From: Sanchytrium tribonematis
Lineage: Eukaryota
DNA: 39,007 nt
Direction of reading: 5' to 3'
NCBI GenBank assembly: GCA_018985235.1
Contig: JADGIG010000026.1
Span: 1-39,007 of the forward strand
Shown: in pieces, positions 10,253-18,240 of the stretch
How the letters are laid out: each line of letters opens with the position of its first letter
Numbering within the stretch: the stretch's first letter is position 1
The notes under the pieces: model-generated
Databases searched by the model: none
Seen by the model: only the letters and a program-made list of their open reading frames with translations
What the model was told of the DNA's origin: nothing
Program-made: the position numbers and the translations under genes

Positions 10253-11278
10253 ATGAACGACCTTTCGATCCAGAAAGCAAGAGACGCAGAGGAAGAAAGA
10301 AAGAGAAGAATTCTTGAGAACCCTAAGTATTTTATAAGTATTGAAAAAGCAGCTTTGGATTTTCAAGTAGAACAGAAGGAAGCCAGTAGAAAATTACAAT
10401 TAGAAAAGGAAAACCTAATGGATTTAGCCCTTATTGAATCTGAAAGGAAGGTTGCCCAACTATCCCAATTGCAAGCTTCCAACAAAAAAGCGCGAGAAAT
10501 GATAAAATTAAATCTAAAGAGCTTGAGGAACTTCGAAAGTTGTGAAATAAACCCAGAATGCTGCGGCGTTTCCAGTGCGCAAAACTTTTCAAAAATCAAT
10601 TATGAAGAGAAAGGGATTCTTGCAAAACGAAGATTTGAACTCAAAAATTGGCTAGATATCTTAAGTAAAGAAAAGTTGGAGGCAGAAACGAAATATCAAA
10701 GTTTAGTTATTTCTCAAAATAAGAAGAATGAAGAAGAATTCAAAATTTCGAATAGTTTGCACTTACAAACTGAAAAGCAGAAGATTTTAGAATCGAAAGC
10801 TATTCAAAATTTTAATTTGCATTTGGCCGAAAATCGTAAGAAAAACATTTTAAAGGAAAAGCAAATATCAATTGAAGCCAAGCTGAACGAGATTTCTACT
10901 GCTTCAAAAAGTGACTTTTTAAATGAAAAAAAATCTTCAATAGAATACGATATTGCTAATACCAAATTTATAGATTTTAAGGGCTTAAGTAAAGATGCCA
11001 ACCTTAGAGTAAGTGGAATACTGAAGAAGCAAATTAATGAGCACTCAGTTGATAGAATAAATTGTCGTGCTATGGAATTGAAAGAAGCGTGGCAACTTGA
11101 ATCAGAAAATCACACATATAAAAATTTAATTCGACAATCTAAAGATGGCAAAGTTGATAATTTGGTAAAAATTAAAAAAAATAATCAATTTTCGTCTCAA
11201 AATCGAACGCGAATTGAAAAGGTGAGCAAAAATGTTGATAATTTTTTTGAAAAATCATTTATGAAAAGTTCCCGATAA
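10253..11278 (+). CDS. RIB43A: RIB43A-like axonemal ribbon / microtubule inner protein
   Basis: EEERKRRI...AALDFQVEQK, CGVSSAQNF, DFKGLS, C-terminal FFEKSFMKSSR; coiled coil. Likely ATG at 10253. Confidence 0.75.
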   Translation: MNDLSIQKARDAEEERKRRILENPKYFISIEKAALDFQVEQKEASRKLQLEKENLMDLALIESERKVAQLSQLQASNKKAREMIKLNLKSLRNFESCEINPECCGVSSAQNFSKINYEEKGILAKRRFELKNWLDILSKEKLEAETKYQSLVISQNKKNEEEFKISNSLHLQTEKQKILESKAIQNFNLHLAENRKKNILKEKQISIEAKLNEISTASKSDFLNEKKSSIEYDIANTKFIDFKGLSKDANLRVSGILKKQINEHSVDRINCRAMELKEAWQLESENHTYKNLIRQSKDGKVDNLVKIKKNNQFSSQNRTRIEKVSKNVDNFFEKSFMKSSR

Positions 11279-11290
11279 AATAAATTTATT
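11279..11290. terminator. Palindromic bidirectional poly(A) signal AATAAATTTATT (RIB43A / AIF-like)
   Basis: AATAAA on both strands at a convergent junction. Confidence 0.6.
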
Positions 11291-13029
11291 GATGTTGAAA
11301 ATACCAATTTAAACTTATTGCTGCACCCACCACCAAAGCTCCGTAAGCTACGAGAGAACGTGGAGATATGGGCGCACTGTTAATATATGCTTTGACTAAA
11401 TTAAAAACACATACCCTTGGCTTTGGGGTTGAAAGGGAAACTCAGAATATCGCTTGATTTAAGAGTTTCCAAAGGAGGCATTTTTTTTGTTCTGAATAAT
11501 TCAGATGCGTGAGAGACAACCGGATCCCACATTAACGATGCAACTGCCTCGACATTTCCAGAATCGTTGCCGAAATAAGCACGAAATTTAAGCTCATCAG
11601 GTCCAATCTCATGGCATAAAACTTGCTTTATATTGCCTTGGATAACAACATTAGCTGGTCTCGCATGACCACAGTATCTCAACGATTTTCCGAACTGAAC
11701 TGTCCAAAAATATGGAATATGTTCGTATGGAATCAAATCTTGGCTAGCATTTGAATTGATAATATTGTATGCAATGGTACGTCCGTGGTTTTGCGCAACA
11801 TTCCAGTGTTCGATTCGGAGCGATTTGTCTTCAACATCATATTGAGCAATATCTCCCCCGGCAAAAACATTTTTGAAGCCCTTAACTTGAAGAAATTTGT
11901 TTACGTTTATGCTTTTGTTTTTGTTTAATGAGAAAGAATCATCCAAAAAGTTAGTATTTGGTATAGCTCCAATACCTGCAATTACAATGTCGCAATTCAA
12001 ATTGTCACCACTTTTTAAATGTACTGATTTAATAGCTCCATTTTCAGACTCAACACTATCTATAGTATCAGATAATCTAAACTTGACATTGTTCTTTTCG
12101 TGAAGCAGTTGTACTGCCTTGCCAATTTCTTTCCCTAGAACGACTTCTAAGGGAACTGATTCCATACCAACCACAGTGATAGAATTGGCTATCTTAGAAA
12201 AGGCCGCAGCACATTCTAATCCAATAAAGCTGCTGCCACAGATAACCATATCTTTCTTATCGCCAGCCATGAAATCACTAACCTTCTTCGCATCATCGTA
12301 TGATCTGAGAGTAAAAGAGTTGCTAAATCCTTTCAAAAAAGGTAATTGCCTAGCAATAGAACCGGTAGCTAAAACCAGATAATCGTATTGAAGTGTTTGA
12401 GCATCATTAACTGTAACTCTTTTCGATTTCTCATTGACTGAGGTCACCATTCCTTCCACCCATTCAATATCTAAATCTTTAAAATGTTGAGGATCTCTCA
12501 GTCTTAACTTTTCAATGTCCGGAATTTGATTGCCGACCTTTGAGAGTTTGGGCGTGTCAATTGGTAAGTCAGGACTTACCATTTTTATGACTCCAGAATA
12601 ATTCTCTTTTCTTAAAGTCTCTACACAAACCAATGCGCAGGGGCCACCCCCGGCAACCAAAACTACCTCAGGCTTAGTAGGTCCCACTGATTTTGGTTTG
12701 CAAACGCTCGAGCTGCTTACATCAATGTATATGATTCCATTCTCAACTTTTGTTGGATACGACTTCAAAGAATCTAAAGCTGGACCATCTTCCACATTTC
12801 CAGATTTGATATTGAAGCAAGCACCATGCCAGGGACACATGATTCTATCGCCATGTAAACTTCCCTTGGTAAGTGGTGCCTTGTAGTGAGTACAAAGGTG
12901 TGAGGTAGCTGAAAATTGACCGTCGTCAGCTTTAAACAAAATGAACTTGGTCTCAGTGTCATTATCTGTTACCGAGTATTGGCCCATTTGATCTTTAAAA
13001 TCATTGACATGAACTATTTGTTGCCACAT
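11286..13029 (-). CDS. AIF-like Rieske/FAD-NADH oxidoreductase (AIFM3 type), spliced (exons 11415-13029, 11286-11395; 574 aa), with C-terminal TM
   Basis: Rieske CTHYKAPL...CPWHGACF; GGGP, ATGS, GSSFIGLE, AGGDIA, IEHWNVA, PYFWT. The 19-nt intron adds VKAYINSAPISPRSLVAYGALVVGAAISLNWYFQHQ. Confidence 0.88.
11396..11414 (-). other. 19-nt spliceosomal intron (GTATGTGTTTTTAATTTAG)
   Basis: Canonical GTATGT donor; removal opens a 36-codon terminal exon whose stop lies in AATAAA. Confidence 0.8.
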
Positions 13030-13075
13030 TTGCTTCTCCTTGAAAAAACAATTATAATTACAACCTGAAAATTAT

Positions 13076-14152
13076 TTACTTTGAATAAATGTACTCCATT
13101 AGTTGCGTTCTAAATCGGCAGTAGTCATATTCATCGTGTGATAATTGGATGACCAATTGATGTTCAAATTCTAAATTAGCATCGAGATCATGTACAACAA
13201 GGGTGGTGTCATCGAAGAAACTAACAGTTTGGTGTGGACATAATTGAATTTTTCCGTGCACTTTCTCAATGCTGAAGGACATTGGAGCGTCTTTTGTAAG
13301 TTTTATTGCGTAACTTACACCTACATTATGCAAGATAACAATTCTTTCATATTTAAAATTTGTATGAAATGAATAGGAAAATTCCAAATTTTTCTTTTTC
13401 GTTAATTTGAAATTTAAAGTCGAAATTGCTCCCCATCTCACCTTGCTACTAATTGGGATTCCATTCAAATCGGTGCAATTGAGAAACATACACATGTAAA
13501 TTAAATGAAAATATTCAGTTCCCACAAAAAATGGGTTTCCTTTGAAACTTAAAATCGTGACATTTTTGTGCTTCAGAAATTCAACATATTTAATACGTTG
13601 AATTCGATTGTTAGAAATATCCAAAAATTGTAAACTGTCAAGAAAGTTTATCGCTTTGATTTCTGTTAATTTGTTATTGCTAAGGTCCAGATAATTCAAA
13701 TTTGAATAGAATGGGACTCTTTTTATCTCTGTAATTGCATTATTAGACAAAGCCACTTTCTTCACGTTTGCGAAATTTTCCAGTTCCAATTGGGTTAGCT
13801 TATTATGAGAGAGATCAACAGCATCCAAATAAGCCAAAGATTGAAAAAAATGAAGAGACTCTGATTCAATTGAATTTCGACTAAAATCTATCTGGATTAA
13901 TGATGGTAAACTGCTTATAAAAGATAAATCTGAAATGTTGTTTTGACTAAGATTTAAAATTTGCAGTAAATTTTGAGAACACGATAGTATCACCCTCGAC
14001 AAGCCTATACTTGGTGCCTGAAATTGTTGAGAAATTGGAAATAAATCAAAATTGATATCATCTTGACTAGTAGAGTGAATTGTGACTTCATCACAGTAGC
14101 AAAAAGGCACATCTACTGGATTATATTCCCTATTGGAAAGTTGACTGAACAT
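13076..14152 (-). CDS. Leucine-rich repeat protein (SDS22-like repeats, LRR cap)
   Basis: Repeats LNLSQNNI, IDFSRNSI, VDLSHNKL, LDLSNNKL, LDISNNRI, then FKGNPF. First in-frame ATG at 14152. Confidence 0.8.
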   Translation of the reverse strand: MFSQLSNREYNPVDVPFCYCDEVTIHSTSQDDINFDLFPISQQFQAPSIGLSRVILSCSQNLLQILNLSQNNISDLSFISSLPSLIQIDFSRNSIESESLHFFQSLAYLDAVDLSHNKLTQLELENFANVKKVALSNNAITEIKRVPFYSNLNYLDLSNNKLTEIKAINFLDSLQFLDISNNRIQRIKYVEFLKHKNVTILSFKGNPFFVGTEYFHLIYMCMFLNCTDLNGIPISSKVRWGAISTLNFKLTKKKNLEFSYSFHTNFKYERIVILHNVGVSYAIKLTKDAPMSFSIEKVHGKIQLCPHQTVSFFDDTTLVVHDLDANLEFEHQLVIQLSHDEYDYCRFRTQLMEYIYSK

Positions 14153-14220
14153 ATAAAGTTTCGAAATTCTCTTTTGCTCATTGAAATAATGTAAGAAATT
14201 CACAATTGTCCCCTTGAAAA

Positions 14221-14752
14221 ATGAAAAAAGACATTGCTCAATTGAGATTAACTCATGAACGGAAAAAGTGGCGAAAAGAACAAAAGGAAATGGCTGGATT
14301 CAGTGCCAAACCTTTAAAAAAGAATAACGCAATTGATTTATTCACATGGGAGTGTATTTTGGACTTATTTAGTACTTATTCCTGGCAAGCCAAATACTAG
14401 CTGGGCGGATGGAACTTATAAAATAATTGCTAAATTTCCAATCGATTATCCCGTCAAGGCTCCAAAACTAACAGCAACTCCCCCATTATTTCATCCAAAT
14501 ATTTACCCATCAGGGAATATATGTTTGTCGTTAATTGACGATGGAAAAGATTGGAAATCAGAGGTCTCAATTAAAGATCTACTGTATTCGATACAAAATT
14601 TTTTGTCGGCACCAAATACCAACGATCCGGCTCATCCTGTTGCTATCAAGCTCTACAGACAGGATCTTGCTGCTTATAATGAAAAAATAAGGCAGCAGGC
14701 TTTAGAACACTCTAAATTTGCAAAGATTATCAATTACGATGAAATAAAATAA
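14221..14752 (+). CDS. UBC9: SUMO-conjugating enzyme Ubc9, spliced (exons 14221-14353, 14373-14752; 170 aa)
   Basis: IAQLRLTHERKKWRK...GFSAKP...DLFTWE-LLIPGK...HPNIYPSGNICLSLI. Exon 1 is missing from the ORF track. Confidence 0.9.
14354..14372 (+). other. 19-nt spliceosomal intron (GTATTTTGGACTTATTTAG)
   Basis: Removal joins the Ubc9 N-terminal helix to the catalytic domain (WE L LIPGK). Confidence 0.9.
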
Positions 14753-14760
14753 TTGGGTCA

Positions 14761-15270
14761 ATGAAACATGAAATTTTGCAAGAGCCGATTTTACTATCTA
14801 ACAACATTGAAGCTTCTATAATTAGGCCAACGAAGTCTTTTTTGAGAGAGTTGGAGCCAATCTTCAATAGAGATACCACTAGATTTAACGTTGTAATTCT
14901 GATCTTAAAAATGCAAAATGATATCCTTGGCAATCAGCAGCAAGAAGAAAGAGACGAGCACTTGGATTTTGTAATGTCTGTAGGAAAGGAACTGAAAGAG
15001 GTATTTCACCACCAATATTATGTTGACTATTGCGATCCTGTGTCTGGACTTATAATTGGGTCCAATTCCAACAATGTGTATGCAGATGCTAATGGTTGTG
15101 AAAGGCTTTTAAAAATGGATGTTGTCTCAATAGGTTGTTGTAAATTGGTCAGTCATAAAAAATGGGGTACTAATATTTACCCTTTTACATTGTTTACGAC
15201 AGCTCCACCAGAAAAGATCCTTAAAGAGCTTCGTCCTATCATAAACAAGACTTTTAGTAAAACTTTGTAG
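14761..15270 (+). CDS. MMADHC: Cobalamin trafficking protein CblD (MMADHC)-like
   Basis: YVDYCDPVSGL, GCCKLVSHKKWGT and TLFTTAP resemble the MMADHC C-terminal domain. Confidence 0.82.
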   Translation: MKHEILQEPILLSNNIEASIIRPTKSFLRELEPIFNRDTTRFNVVILILKMQNDILGNQQQEERDEHLDFVMSVGKELKEVFHHQYYVDYCDPVSGLIIGSNSNNVYADANGCERLLKMDVVSIGCCKLVSHKKWGTNIYPFTLFTTAPPEKILKELRPIINKTFSKTL

Positions 15271-15352
15271 TATTCGTTTGAAGACAAACTACTGCCAAAA
15301 TATGCGCAACACCATTGTCTTTTTTATCTTGTGTCCCAATTTGAAACGATTT

Positions 15353-16096
15353 ATGAGCGATATTATTCAATGGCATTTGGATGGTTGGTATAAGGGTATA
15401 TTTTGTGCCTTGAGTTTGTTGTCACTCTTTTTATCAATTCCAAGTTTCTTTGAGCAAAGTGCTTTAAGTAAAATTAATGGCATATTGGTTTTATTGACAT
15501 TGTTTGCGATGATTAGCAGACCTACCAGAATGGTTTATAGCGCAGATGCATGTGGAGAGATATCTGTATTATATTGGGCGCTAACTTCTGTTTACGTCGG
15601 ATTCGCATTCGTATATTATGGAGCTAGAACCGAGAATTATAAATGTCTGGTGTTCGCTGCGGGCGCTTCAATAACCATTTTTCATTTAGTGGCAATTTTG
15701 GGATATAATTATGATTGTCCTGACGGCATGCTTATTGATGAATATTTCAGTCCTTGGACGTTTTTTAGCGGTGTGTCTCTGATACTTTTTGGAAGCGCTG
15801 TTTTAGTCATAACACATCGATCTCTACGCGGCCTCATCGATTTGGAAGATAGCAGGTTGACTAGGATCAACATGCTGAGTAAGTTTTCCTTATTTTTTTC
15901 AGAATTTTCATTAGTTTTGGCTGGAATTTTTTCATTCACAATCTATTCAAATATACGACTATTTTTTATGTTTCTTTCAGTCTATTTGATAACTACTAGC
16001 CATTTAGGCCTCCTACTTCAGAAATCTTTGCAGCAAGATACAAAACCAAGCGCTAATGTTGAGAGTTTGTCCGTAGGAAATGTTCATAATAAATAA
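15353..16096 (+). CDS. Orphan multi-pass membrane protein, probably 7TM (about 247 aa)
   Basis: Seven hydrophobic segments; Cys before TM3 and in the TM4-TM5 loop. Start uncertain (15302 or 15353). Confidence 0.7.
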   Translation: MSDIIQWHLDGWYKGIFCALSLLSLFLSIPSFFEQSALSKINGILVLLTLFAMISRPTRMVYSADACGEISVLYWALTSVYVGFAFVYYGARTENYKCLVFAAGASITIFHLVAILGYNYDCPDGMLIDEYFSPWTFFSGVSLILFGSAVLVITHRSLRGLIDLEDSRLTRINMLSKFSLFFSEFSLVLAGIFSFTIYSNIRLFFMFLSVYLITTSHLGLLLQKSLQQDTKPSANVESLSVGNVHNK

Positions 16097-16119
16097 CTCT
16101 TCCAACTCTTCTCCTTCAA

Positions 16120-16437
16120 ATGTCAGAGCAGGATCAACAAACGGTTTTGATGGCAACTGCGCAAAGCCTGCAAAATGTTCAAGGACAGCTCAAAACAATT
16201 GCATCGCATAAAAAGAAGACACAGATTGTGGAAAAAACTATATTAGCCCTGCCTGATGACACTCAATTTTACTCTAGCGTAGGTAAAGTTTTTTTACCAA
16301 AAACGAAAGATAACGTAAAAGGAATGTGTAAAACCGATATAAAAGAGTTGGATGAGACTTTCATGGGCTTATTAAAAAAGAAAGATTATTTTGAAAAGCA
16401 AATTGTGGAATTACAAAAACAGTTGCAAAAGAAATAA
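16120..16437 (+). CDS. PFD1: Prefoldin beta-type subunit (probably subunit 1)
   Basis: Coiled coil, beta hairpin (LPDDTQFYSSVGKVFL), coiled coil; ...KKKDYFEKQ. Confidence 0.8.
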   Translation: MSEQDQQTVLMATAQSLQNVQGQLKTIASHKKKTQIVEKTILALPDDTQFYSSVGKVFLPKTKDNVKGMCKTDIKELDETFMGLLKKKDYFEKQIVELQKQLQKK

Positions 16438-16444
16438 ATTTATT
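16433..16444. terminator. Palindromic bidirectional poly(A) signal AATAAATTTATT (prefoldin / CyclOp)
   Basis: Contains both TAA stop codons, 2 bp apart. Confidence 0.65.
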
Positions 16445-18044
16445 TTCTTCCCATCACCCAGTAAGTTTTCATTATTCCTTTGCCTTTCACCTGCATGGGT
16501 TCCATTTCGTCGCAAATGAAACCCTTTGAAGCTATCAATCTGTAGGTGTCTTCTGAAATGTGAATGTGTCCGGCCTTTGATGTGCTTTCCATTCTTGATG
16601 CAGTATTTACTGTATCTCCGACTAAACACCAATGCGGGTTCAATTCCCCTAGGATTCCGGCCGTCACTGGACCAGAATTTAATCCAACTCGAATATTAAT
16701 TGACTCTCCAAAAGATGTTTTGAATGTTCTAATCATCTCCATAATGTCTAAGGAAAAGTTTACGGCCTTTTCTGCATGATCAGCAGATTTTGTTGGACAG
16801 CCACAAACTCCTAGAAATGCATCTCCAATTGTTTCAACCTTATATACTCCCCATTTCTTAGCTATTTTGTCGTATTCCTGCCAAAGCAAGTTCAAAGTCT
16901 TCATCATTTCTTTTGGAGTGTTTCTGGAGCTTAAAACTGTATAATTAGCGATGTCCGAGAAAAATACTGTTACCGACTCAAATTCCTCTGCCTCAGTTGA
17001 TTTTCCTTCCTTCATTGCTTGCAAAACATCTTCAGGCATCATCAAATTTAAGATTTTATCAGCATTAGTCATTTTTTCCTCGAGGTCTTGAGCTATAGCA
17101 GTAATTTCCTCAACTCGTTCATTTTGGGCTTGTTCGATTGTTGTGTTCATTAAAACCAAAGTCAAAAAAACTTTAGCTCCGACATCTGCTAAGCAAAGTA
17201 ATGCTTCGTACATTTGGAACGAAATTGCATCTCCATGAAATAAGAAAGTTGTCACGGGAAATGCTGTCCAAGTAAACAATGTTGAGAATCGAATCACTTT
17301 TAACGTTGTCGGATCAATGGAGCAGCCGTTTCTTCCTTCGATTGCATCAGTGAAAAAGGTGTAAAGCGATTTCACTACATGAGCGAAACAAAACAACGCA
17401 ACATAGTGACACCACTCACAATATGGATATGGGAGAATTGCACCGAAAAATCCAAAAATTACTAAAGTGTAGTCGCTTAGAATAGCACTTACTACATCTG
17501 ATTCAGATTTTGTCAATTCATTGATGATCAAAATCAAAGAGGGACAAGTTGCAATCCATTCTAGATACCTTGCAGGTTCCACTGGCTGGCCTAATATTCC
17601 ACCATCAAGACTGGGTGTTAGTTGAAAAGCCATCAAGACATATGAAGTAAAAGAAACAATATCTACCAATAATAAAACCAGTGAAAGGTTTCTTTTTTCA
17701 GGATTTGTGGAAGAAAAGAAGCCGATCATTGCAAAAACTATCCCTAAACTAAATGCAACTGCGTTGTATAGATAAAACTGGGAGGTATTGCTTCTGAAGT
17801 ATTCAGTCTCGCTGGAATTGTTCAATTGATATATTGCACAGGAAAGGGTTGCAAATATGTAAACACCAAAGTTAAAATATACAAATTTGACGCTTGCAGA
17901 ATTCATAGTACTAGTCTCATTCAGTATTGCAGTAGCCTCATCCACAGTCAAATCCTTTTTAGTACTACCCAATTTTGCGTTTTTTGCAGTTTTAATGGCT
18001 TGAGAGAGCCCTGAACTTCTTTTCTTCAGAGTGCTAGTTGACAT
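16440..18044 (-). CDS. CyclOp: Rhodopsin-guanylyl cyclase fusion (CyclOp/RhoGC, BeGC1-like), 534 aa
   Basis: Type-1 rhodopsin domain with extra N-terminal TM, PARYLEWIATCP and retinal Lys in ADVGAKVF; coiled-coil linker; class III cyclase FFSDI, KVETIGDA, HWCLVGDTVNTASRMES. Confidence 0.96.
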   Translation of the reverse strand: MSTSTLKKRSSGLSQAIKTAKNAKLGSTKKDLTVDEATAILNETSTMNSASVKFVYFNFGVYIFATLSCAIYQLNNSSETEYFRSNTSQFYLYNAVAFSLGIVFAMIGFFSSTNPEKRNLSLVLLLVDIVSFTSYVLMAFQLTPSLDGGILGQPVEPARYLEWIATCPSLILIINELTKSESDVVSAILSDYTLVIFGFFGAILPYPYCEWCHYVALFCFAHVVKSLYTFFTDAIEGRNGCSIDPTTLKVIRFSTLFTWTAFPVTTFLFHGDAISFQMYEALLCLADVGAKVFLTLVLMNTTIEQAQNERVEEITAIAQDLEEKMTNADKILNLMMPEDVLQAMKEGKSTEAEEFESVTVFFSDIANYTVLSSRNTPKEMMKTLNLLWQEYDKIAKKWGVYKVETIGDAFLGVCGCPTKSADHAEKAVNFSLDIMEMIRTFKTSFGESINIRVGLNSGPVTAGILGELNPHWCLVGDTVNTASRMESTSKAGHIHISEDTYRLIASKGFICDEMEPMQVKGKGIMKTYWVMGRK

Positions 18045-18240
18045 GAAAATTCTTGGCCTAAAAATTTAAACCTGATTTTCCTTAAATAGCTCTGATAATG
18101 AGTATCAGTCTTAATAAAGAGCTCATTGCCAAAATCTAGATTTATTATAATTAGAAAGAATTGTTAAAATTTGAAATTTTTATGAAAAAGTGGAACAGTG
18201 AAAGAATTAATTATAAAAAATATAATTTATGTAGCATAAT

